The notes beneath the pieces are model-generated. The model made no database searches. It was not told the origin of the DNA and was given only the letters and a program-made list of their open reading frames with translations. From assembly GCA_963793945.1 (NCBI GenBank), contig CAWCCE010000001.1, forward strand, positions 525,716 to 589,715: a DNA stretch of 64,000 bases, read 5' to 3'. This stretch comes from an uncultured Acidobacteriota bacterium. GTDB taxonomy: Bacteria > Acidobacteriota > Terriglobia > Terriglobales > Acidobacteriaceae. Of the stretch, positions 26,801-32,975 are shown in pieces (position 1 is the first letter of the stretch; each line of letters starts with the position of its first letter). The position numbers and the translations under genes were made by a program.

Positions 26801-27019
26801 TGCCGTCTTGAATGTGAAAGCGCCATTGGCTGTAAGGCTGAGGCTGTCGGAGGTGTTATCCGATAGGACCACGGTTGCACCGCTGGCGAGACCGGACAGC
26901 GTTCCGCCAATCGTGTACGTGGTTGTGGTTTTTGTGCCGCCAACGCTGCCGCCGCCACAAGCCAAGGAGAACAGTAAAGCCGCCATCACAACTGATAGCA
27001 GAGGTATGCGGGAACTCAT
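23864..27019 (-). CDS. large secreted (possibly lipid-anchored) protein: 7 tandem Ig-like repeats plus C-terminal Kelch-type beta-propeller
   Basis: Signal peptide MSSRIPLLSVVMAALLFSLAC (GGAGG 5 nt upstream of ATG 27019). Seven ~85-aa repeats (TIGGTLSGL...VLxDNG.D.L.L.ANG.FTF......G..Y.VTV.TQP.GQ.CTV.NG.GTA.ANVTNV.V.C). Then ~7 Kelch-like blades (NDLW.+....W.W..G.....G.YG......PG.R....W.D..GN.W+FGG). Confidence 0.85.
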   Translation of the reverse strand: MSSRIPLLSVVMAALLFSLACGGGSVGGTKTTTTYTIGGTLSGLASGATVVLSDNTSDSLSLTANGAFTFKTAVNAGGAYSVAVATQPSGQTCTVTGGSGTANANVTSVSVTCGAPGFTIGGTVSGLTGTVVLADNGSFDSLALSSNGPFTFAKPVASTYAVTVATQPAGQSCTVTNGSGTATADVNNVTVACAPVVGTITIGGTLSGLTSGTVVLQDNGGDNLSLSANGTFTFATAVAAGSPYAVTVLTQPTDQNCTVANGTGTANANVTNVAVTCAPLYSIGGTLSGLPNGTTVTLADNGAFDSLNIAANGAFTFDRLLASGSAYAVTVTTAPAGQTCTVTNGSGVVANANVTNVTVACAATTYTIGGTLSGLTTGTIVLSDNGTFDTLSLSANGGFTFAKSISAGGTYAVTIKTQPAGQTCLVTNGNGTANANVTNVAVNCGATTPLTVSVTASGLTSGTLVVQDDQSAQLSFTTNNTPQTFSNTYASGATYTVTVLTQPTGQTCTLSANSTGVITANVTVTATCSATGSTVTIGGTLYDLSANVASTGVVLQDNNADNLTLTTNGPFTFATAIANGATYSVTVFTQPTKPDQNCTVSNGTGTATANVTNVVVVCISEWTWINGADVVAVGGDYGTAPLEPGTRYGENTWIDASGHFWLFGGIGYDINGPTVNQTSGGGAESVLSDLWMFDGTNWNFKNGQSQGGQCFAYPTAVGQSGTPSARSDYLSWTDASGNFWMFGGYVADNVTGFCPSADPFNDMWEYTPSTNTWVWQGPLASSVGNQAGIYNGIGNAGTPGSRYWSTGAQDAAGNFWMIGGYGADSAGNEDYLNDLWEWNGTTWTWMSGSSTIQAKGVYSGAGAVPGARIGANSWFDSSGNFWLFGGLAYDVNGNVGVMNDLWKFTPGTSTWTFISGSQTNEAGANFGTQGIPDSTNVPGSRSFATSWKAANGDVWILGGSGVGGRYFNDLWKYSQGEWTWMDGSELSDQLGIYTGTASTLAPGSRQQGAAWPDANGNIWLMGGFGLGSLASQPKNLHTGFDSLQDLWEFQP
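25157..26916 (-). repeat. coding tandem repeats (7 x ~255 nt) inside the surface-protein gene
   Basis: Seven successive repeat units read in the translation. Each unit has two conserved Cys. Boundaries are approximate. Confidence 0.7.
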
Positions 27020-27423
27020 CTCACCCTCCAACCCAATCTTCAATCTTTTGTTTCGAATATTTACTTCGTCGCGGAGTCTACCTCAGGTGACCTGATGGGC
27101 CAGAACAGGGGGGATACAAATGACGCATGGATTCTCTGGGATCTCAATACTGGCACAACTCGCAATAAGACTCGCGCCGCGCATTCTAATTCAGTTGTCG
27201 AATATAGCAATAGCCAGAAAGTGGGGGACGAAGAAACCACGAACGAGTTGTCACGACCTGATTTTCGACTTTACGAGCCATTGATCACGATTCGCTATCC
27301 CCTGTCTTCCACTCCGATGTCTCCTAAGCCTCTATACCTTACCCCCTGACCCGCGTCGCGAACTCCCTCCAACTCTAGAAAGTCGAACTGAATCAAACCT
27401 TAGTCAAATAGGAGACCTCAAAA

Positions 27424-27594
27424 ATGCCCGACGATCAAACCCTCGCCACGATCCTCACGATCTGCGACTTGATGGGAAACCGCCAAGCCAACGCAACCGC
27501 GGCCATCGCAGCTTACGACCGCGCAATGCAAGAAGTTTTGCAGTATCGCCACTCCGCAGGGCTCACCGAGGTTGGCGGATATCCTCAAAAGTAG
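27424..27594 (+). CDS. small hypothetical protein, 56 aa (below ORF-track cutoff)
   Basis: AGGAG lies 8 nt upstream of the ATG. My translation is MPDDQTLATILTICDLMGNRQANATAAIAAYDRAMQEVLQYRHSAGLTEVGGYPQK. Protein-like composition inside an otherwise non-coding 1.3-kb AT-richer gap. No family recognised. Confidence 0.35.
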   Translation: MPDDQTLATILTICDLMGNRQANATAAIAAYDRAMQEVLQYRHSAGLTEVGGYPQK

Positions 27595-28018
27595 CGACAC
27601 TGAAAAATTCGGCGACTGTCACTTTTCCACAGCCCCCCGGCGATCGCGTGTGACATCTGCCCTTGCGCCTGGGCCAAAGCGAAGCGCATCCTCGTCAAGG
27701 CGGAGATGGTAGATGTGACAATAAGAAAAAAGCTCGTAAGTGGTTTAGAATCAATATTTTGACCTCTAACCTCTACGCGCTCAAGATTTTGCAAACGCAT
27801 TTTGCAGAACCCGCGCCAGTCAAGGCTTTCAGAGAGGGTAGGGGGAGGGGGCTACCCTAAAACCGAGCCTGATTCCCAAATCGAAACCGTCAGGAAATGC
27901 TCTCGTTAATCGCAAGTTCAGAAATATTTTCAGTTTTCAGATCTCAAAGAAAATCTTGTCATTCCGAGCGAGAGCGAGGAAGCCGCTGTTCCCCACCACG
28001 AGCACTCTCCGATACCCC

Positions 28019-28047
28019 TTGACGTCCCCATCCCGATTTTGTAGCAT
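28019..28047 (+). promoter_or_regulatory. sigma70-like promoter of the riboswitch-controlled operon
   Basis: TTGACG (28019-24), 17-nt spacer, TAGCAT (28042-47). Followed by a GTTCGCTC-UUCG-GAGCGAAC hairpin at 28059-28078. Confidence 0.5.
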
Positions 28048-28080
28048 CGTAGAGACAAGTTCGCTCTTCGGAGCGAACCT

Positions 28081-28198
28081 GAATTTCATGCAGAGTGGCT
28101 GAGGGACGAGCCCTGAGACGCCACGGCAACCGATCCGGGATCATATATCCCGGATGCTTGGTGCCAACTCTCTCCTGGAAACAGGGAACATGGGATTC
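28081..28198 (+). promoter_or_regulatory. SAM-I (S-box) riboswitch aptamer
   Basis: P1 is GAAUUUCAUG/CAUGGGAUUC. Conserved cores: AGAGUGGCUGAGGGA, GCCC, UGAGACGCCACGGCAACC, perfect 8-bp P3 (AUCCGGGA/UCCCGGAU), GGUGCCAA, and P4 with a GAAA loop. Order and spacing match the S-box consensus. Confidence 0.85.
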
Positions 28199-28233
28199 GG
28201 TATGCGCACTGCTTTTTTATTCGCATTCCGATA

Positions 28234-28274
28234 GCCTCTTTTCCTTTTCCTGGAAAAAGAGGCCTTAGTTTTTT
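28234..28274 (+). terminator. riboswitch expression-platform terminator hairpin with U-tract
   Basis: GCCUCUUUUCC-loop-GGAAAAAGAGGC (one bulge) followed by UUAGUUUUUU. A second overlapping hairpin, GGCCUUA-GUUUUU-UAAGGCC, is followed by AAUUUUU. Confidence 0.6.
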
Positions 28275-28349
28275 AAGGCCAATTTTTCCGGCTCGTCTTC
28301 GGCTACTCGTTGCTTTGAAAGAGAACAAAGCAAGAAAGCGAGTAGCGAC

Positions 28350-29639
28350 ATGTCTCATTACGAACTGCGGTGCCGCGAATGCGGACGGACTTGGGGAAAC
28401 CAGCCCCGCTCCATCTGCGACGATTGTTTCTCCCCCTTGGAAGTGGCTTACGACTACGACGCGCTAAAAGCGTCCGTCAGCCGTGAGCGGATCGCCCAGC
28501 GGCCGCCGAACATGTGGCGCTATTCCGAACTGTTGCCCCTCCCCCAAGGCTATACACCGCGATTGCCGGTCGGATTTACTCCGCTCTTTCCAGCTCCGCA
28601 ATTAGCGAAGCAGTTGACGGGAACGGCCGCTGCCGCGGGTAATCTCTATTTGAAGAACGACGCCGTGTGTCTGCCCACGCTGAGCTTTAAGGACCGCGTT
28701 GTCGCCGTCGCGCTGTCACAAGCGAAGGAATTCGGTTTCGACACGGTCTCATGTTCGTCGACTGGAAACCTGGCGAACGCCGTTGCCGCGCACGCCGCGC
28801 GCGAAGGCCTGAAGGCGTGGATCTTCATTCCCTCCGACCTTGAGCCCGCGAAGATTCTCGGCACGAACGTGTTCGGCGCGAAGGTCGTCCGCATCGCCGG
28901 CAACTACGATCAAGTCAACCGTCTCTGCTCGCAGATCGCCGATGAACATCGCTGGGGATTCGTGAATGTGAACCTCCGTCCTTACTACGCCGAAGGATCG
29001 AAGACTGTCGGATTCGAAATCGCCGAACAACTCGGATGGCGCTTGCCCGACAACATCGTCTGTCCGATGGCAGGCGGATCGCTGATCGTGAAAATCAAGA
29101 AGGCATTCGACGAGCTGATCAAGCTCGGCCTGGTCGAGCCGAAAGAAGTGAAGTTCTTCGGCGCCCAAGCCACAGGATGTTCGCCGATCTCGACAGCTGT
29201 GAAAACCGGCGCCTCCGAGATCGAGCCGCAGAAGCCAAATACCATCGCGCGCTCGCTGGCGATCGGCAACCCAGCTGACGGCCACTACGCGATCAAGACC
29301 ATCAAGAACAGCGGTGGATGGAGCGAAGACGTCAGCGATCTGGAAGTGATCGACTCGATCAAACTGCTGGCGGAAACCGAAGGCGTCTTCACCGAAACCG
29401 CCGGCGGAGTAACGGTAGGGACGGCAGGGAAGCTGTATCGCCAAGACCGCATCCTGCCTGACGAAACGACCGTTCTCTGCATCACCGGAAATGGATTGAA
29501 GACGACCGACGTGCTCGCGGGCGCTTACGAAGTCGAGCGTCCGATCGCGCCGAAGCTGACGGAGTTCGAAAACTATCTGCAGCAGACGCTGACACCATCG
29601 GAAATCCGCGGTGTCATTGCAGAAACCGTAGGAGCGTAA
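28350..29639 (+). CDS. threonine-synthase-family PLP enzyme with N-terminal zinc ribbon (ThrC-like; candidate MetM-type homocysteine synthase)
   Basis: 429 aa. CRECG...CDDC Zn ribbon. PLP lysine context PTLSFKDR. Fold-type II PLP motifs (SSTGN, GGS). Preceded by the SAM-I riboswitch and followed by a sulfur carrier. Confidence 0.88.
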   Translation: MSHYELRCRECGRTWGNQPRSICDDCFSPLEVAYDYDALKASVSRERIAQRPPNMWRYSELLPLPQGYTPRLPVGFTPLFPAPQLAKQLTGTAAAAGNLYLKNDAVCLPTLSFKDRVVAVALSQAKEFGFDTVSCSSTGNLANAVAAHAAREGLKAWIFIPSDLEPAKILGTNVFGAKVVRIAGNYDQVNRLCSQIADEHRWGFVNVNLRPYYAEGSKTVGFEIAEQLGWRLPDNIVCPMAGGSLIVKIKKAFDELIKLGLVEPKEVKFFGAQATGCSPISTAVKTGASEIEPQKPNTIARSLAIGNPADGHYAIKTIKNSGGWSEDVSDLEVIDSIKLLAETEGVFTETAGGVTVGTAGKLYRQDRILPDETTVLCITGNGLKTTDVLAGAYEVERPIAPKLTEFENYLQQTLTPSEIRGVIAETVGA

Positions 29640-29641
29640 TC

Positions 29642-29923
29642 ATGCCGATCACGGTTCAGATTCCAACAGCATTGCGGCGCCACACCGAAGGCGTGAAATC
29701 CATCACCTGCGCTGCGTCGAACTTGGGAGAATTATTCTCGGTGCTCGACGAGAAGTTTCCAGAACTGAAGCCTCACATTCGCGACGACCAAGGCCAGATT
29801 CGCCGCTTTCTGAATATCTACGTGAATGAAGAAGACATCCGCTTCCTGGGCGGACAAGCGTACGCTTTCCAGGAAGGCGACGAAGTATTGCTCGTTCCAT
29901 CGATCGCCGGCGGCAAGAACTAG
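29642..29923 (+). CDS. MoaD/ThiS/CysO-family sulfur-carrier protein (beta-grasp, C-terminal GG)
   Basis: 93 aa. Resembles M. tuberculosis CysO by eye (IPT.LR.HT.G.KS......L......L......L.........+.RF.NIYVN.ED+RF..G.......GD.V...P..AGG). Ends AGGKN. Starts 2 nt after the ThrC-like stop. Confidence 0.85.
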   Translation: MPITVQIPTALRRHTEGVKSITCAASNLGELFSVLDEKFPELKPHIRDDQGQIRRFLNIYVNEEDIRFLGGQAYAFQEGDEVLLVPSIAGGKN

Positions 29924-29992
29924 ATGTGCAAGTCGCGACGTCGATCAGCAGCGGCATGAGCTGTCACTCATCACTGCTTACTAGCGACTGCT

Positions 29993-30979
29993 CTACTGCG
30001 GCGTTTCCGCTGACACCTGCCCAGTCGACATGTGCAGTTCCTTCGTTCGGTCGATCACCCACTGAGGCATTTCCGGAGCGCCCTGCGGAATCTTGCCTTG
30101 CGTGATGGCCCAATGCTCGATCCAACCTGTGCCTTCTTCTCCGACATACGTATCGGGCAAGCTGTACGCCTGATCGCTTAACGCATCTTCCAGCGTGATA
30201 AAGCGATATCCACGCTTGCGCAGCAGATCGAGCAATTCTCCGATGTGATCCGCTTCAAGGTTGCTCGCGTGCAGCAGAAGAATCTGCTTCGGTTCATAAC
30301 CGATCACCTTGGTTGACAGTTGCTCTGCGAATGCGATCGAAGCATCGTGATGCGCAAGATATTCCTTCACGATTTGCTGTTGGAGCGTCGCATCGTTGCG
30401 TTTCTTCGCGTCTTCGTAAAGTCCGGCGAACATCCAGTCCCAACCGTCAAGCGTGATGGGAGCGATTCGATATCCGCGTTGCGTCAGGAATTCTTCCGCC
30501 TTGCGCCGCGTCGCCAGATCCCGGCCGGTGTCGAGGTAGGGATGGCGGAAGTAGCGAAGCTTCATCTTATGCTGCGCGAGCAGCATGCGCGTCACACTCT
30601 CTCCCTGCACAACTTCGTCTTCCCAATCCTTCAACTCGATCTGATTCAAAGAAGCATGGCTGAATGTGTGATTCCCGAGTTCGAAGCCGTAATCGAGCCA
30701 CATTTTCAGGACATTGATGCGGGCATCAACTTCTCCCGGCTTGTAGAGTTTCTTCTCGTTGACGAAGCCGACGACTGCAATCTTCTGGTCGCGCAGCGTG
30801 GTCAGCAGCTTCGTGGTCAACGCCGTGATGTCGGCAGCGGGCAGGCGGTCGGCCATCCCAGCCGGCAGATCGTCGATCGTGACGGCGACCTGGCGATCAA
30901 TCTTTGTGGTTTGAGCATATAGGGATAGTGAGAGCAGGCAGCAGGCAACGGCAACGAAGAATGAGGACAAGGTTTTCAT
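29993..30979 (-). CDS. secreted polysaccharide deacetylase (NodB/CE4-like)
   Basis: Signal peptide MKTLSSFFVAVACCLLSLSLYAQ from ATG 30979. VAVTIDDLP; NHTFSH; LLHA motifs. Confidence 0.8.
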   Translation of the reverse strand: MKTLSSFFVAVACCLLSLSLYAQTTKIDRQVAVTIDDLPAGMADRLPAADITALTTKLLTTLRDQKIAVVGFVNEKKLYKPGEVDARINVLKMWLDYGFELGNHTFSHASLNQIELKDWEDEVVQGESVTRMLLAQHKMKLRYFRHPYLDTGRDLATRRKAEEFLTQRGYRIAPITLDGWDWMFAGLYEDAKKRNDATLQQQIVKEYLAHHDASIAFAEQLSTKVIGYEPKQILLLHASNLEADHIGELLDLLRKRGYRFITLEDALSDQAYSLPDTYVGEEGTGWIEHWAITQGKIPQGAPEMPQWVIDRTKELHMSTGQVSAETPQ

Positions 30980-31101
30980 GCGGCTCCTGTTTTGAACGGA
31001 ATGGATATTAGAACATGATCCACACATCGGCCGCGTCTGCGTCCTCAAGGAAGAACGATGACGGAGTCCGCAAAACATTTTGAAGCGCTTGACGGGTACT
31101 G

Positions 31102-31126
31102 TATAATCTAACTAACTGGTTAATTA
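31102..31126 (+). promoter_or_regulatory. TATAAT box plus candidate TetR operator palindrome
   Basis: TATAAT at 31102-07, followed by TAACTAAC-TG-GTTAATTA (31109-26; 7 of 8 positions symmetric). Ends 3 nt before the tetR ATG. Confidence 0.4.
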
Positions 31127-31129
31127 AGC

Positions 31130-31885
31130 ATGCCTCGACATCCCCATCGAACGGAGCGGCGGGTACTCAAAGAAGAGCGCCGAGAGTTACGAAAACAGGT
31201 GCGCCAGCAGCGGCATGATGTCCGCCGCATGGGCTCCCGAGGGCAACCAGAGGAGAGCCGGACTGCGATTCTAGCGGCGGCGGCGCACGAGTTTGCTCAG
31301 TTCGGCATTGCCGGGGCGCGCACGGATGCGATCGCGCGTGAGGCCGGCGTAAACAAGGCGCTCCTGTATTACTACTTCAAAGACAAAGAAACCTTGTACG
31401 GAGCCGTGCTGGACGAGGCCTTCTCGGGGTTGAAGACCACAGTGCTGCGGGTGCTGGATGGAGACGGGGCCCCGCGAGACAAGATCATGGCGTATGCCGG
31501 GGCCTATTTTGACTTCATCGCTTCGAGCCAGCTCTACCCTCGACTGATGCAGCGGGAAATGATGCGAGCAAAGGAAGGCCAGTCGCCGCACATCGATAAG
31601 GTCATCAAGACGTACATCCAGCCGATTTTCATGCGAGTGAGCGAGGTCATGAAAGAAGGAATCACGAAAGGCGATTTCCGCCCGGTCAATCCGGTTCATT
31701 TTGTGCCTTCGATGGTGGCCATAATCGTTTTCTATTTCAGCAGCGCCCCGATGATGCAAAAGATTGTCGGCTTCAACCCGCTGACGCCGGAGCGAATTGC
31801 CGAGCGTCGAGCGGCAGTATTGGATTTCATCTCCGCCGCGTTGTTCCGTCCCAGGAGCAACGGCACGCAAGGAGCACGCTCATGA
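31130..31885 (+). CDS. TetR/AcrR-family transcriptional regulator
   Basis: HTH region ILAAAAHEFAQFGIAGARTDAIAREAGVNKALLYYYFKDKETLY. Arg/Lys-rich N-terminal extension. Confidence 0.9.
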   Translation: MPRHPHRTERRVLKEERRELRKQVRQQRHDVRRMGSRGQPEESRTAILAAAAHEFAQFGIAGARTDAIAREAGVNKALLYYYFKDKETLYGAVLDEAFSGLKTTVLRVLDGDGAPRDKIMAYAGAYFDFIASSQLYPRLMQREMMRAKEGQSPHIDKVIKTYIQPIFMRVSEVMKEGITKGDFRPVNPVHFVPSMVAIIVFYFSSAPMMQKIVGFNPLTPERIAERRAAVLDFISAALFRPRSNGTQGARS

Positions 31886-32973
31886 GCGCGCGCAACCGTT
31901 TTCTGATTCTTCTCAGCGTCATTTTTGTAATCGCTGCCAGCTACTACTACTTCTCGACGGATCACTCGCGCGACCTTGTGCTGATTGGCACCGTCGATGC
32001 GAACCAGGTGATCGTGAGTGCGCAGGTCGAAGGCCGCATCCAGAAGCTTCTAGTGGATGAGGGCACGCCGGTAAAGGCCGGGGACCTGATTGCCGTGCTC
32101 GATCCGTCGGAACTCCAGACGCAGGAGGCCGCGGCGACAGCGACAATTGCCAGCCTGCAACACAAGGTCGCGGAGATGCAGCACACCGAGGCGTCGACGT
32201 CCGGCTCTACGACGAGCGATGTGGCGAACGCGGAGGCCAAAGTTTCCTCTGCGAAAGCACAACTGCTCCAGGCGCAGGCGGCGCTCGACCGTACGGAGAG
32301 CGACAGCCGCCGCACCGTCGAGCTGGCGAAAGCAGGAATTGATTCGGATCAGGAGCGAGTGCAAGCAGAAACGAATCTGCAAGCGGCGCAGGCGACGGTT
32401 CAGGCGCAGAGGGATCTGGTCACCGCTGCTGAAGCCGACCTGAAGTCCGCGATCGCTCGAACCAACCAGGCCAACGCCGCGAAGAGCACGGTAGCCTCCA
32501 CAGAGGCTGACCTGAAGAATGCGATCGCACAAAAGAATCAAGCTGCGGTCCGTCTGGGCTACACCAACATCTATGCTCCGGTGACAGGAACGGTTTCTGT
32601 TCGTGCGGCACGGCAGGGAGAAGTTGTAAACATCGGCGCGCCGATCGTGACCATCGTGGATCTGAGCGATACATGGGCCCGAGCGGCGATTCCTGAAACT
32701 TATGCCGATCACATCGGTTACGGCGACGTGCTGCGCGTGCGGTTGCCTGGCGGAACTGTGACCCAGGGAAAAGTCTTCTTTAAGGGCGTGGAGGGGGATT
32801 TTGCGACGCAACGCGATGTGAGCCGCATGAAACGTGACATCAAAACCATTGTGCTGAAAGTTCGATTGGACAATCCAAAGGGTGCGTATGTCCCCGGCAT
32901 GACTGCGGAAGTGCTGGTGTCTCCGGATCAGATCAAGAATGGCAGCACGCAGTCTGCGAAAGCTGCGGAGTAA
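31882..32973 (+). CDS. HlyD-family membrane-fusion (periplasmic adaptor) protein
   Basis: N-terminal TM, lipoyl-like half motifs (V.AGD.IA.LD / I.AP..G.V), long coiled coil. ATGA overlap with tetR. Confidence 0.85.
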   Translation: MSARNRFLILLSVIFVIAASYYYFSTDHSRDLVLIGTVDANQVIVSAQVEGRIQKLLVDEGTPVKAGDLIAVLDPSELQTQEAAATATIASLQHKVAEMQHTEASTSGSTTSDVANAEAKVSSAKAQLLQAQAALDRTESDSRRTVELAKAGIDSDQERVQAETNLQAAQATVQAQRDLVTAAEADLKSAIARTNQANAAKSTVASTEADLKNAIAQKNQAAVRLGYTNIYAPVTGTVSVRAARQGEVVNIGAPIVTIVDLSDTWARAAIPETYADHIGYGDVLRVRLPGGTVTQGKVFFKGVEGDFATQRDVSRMKRDIKTIVLKVRLDNPKGAYVPGMTAEVLVSPDQIKNGSTQSAKAAE

Positions 32974-32975
32974 CC

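Noticed and set aside
25157-26916. Regular ~255-nt repeats that could be mistaken for a repeat array or CRISPR
   Set aside because: The repeats are in frame, are translated as Ig-like protein units, are far longer than CRISPR repeats, and have no unique spacers.
27095-27349. 84-aa ORF in the AT-rich region upstream of the surface-protein gene
   Set aside because: Composition is not protein-like (N/T/S/P-rich with no hydrophobic core). There is only a weak GGTGA upstream. It lies in the probable promoter region of the divergent gene. Kept as unlikely.
27836-27857. GGGTAGGGGGAGGGGGCTACCC as a G-quadruplex or regulatory hairpin
   Set aside because: It has only three G-runs, so a canonical four-tract G4 is not possible. 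The GGGTAG/CTACCC stem is just 6 bp and there is no supporting context.
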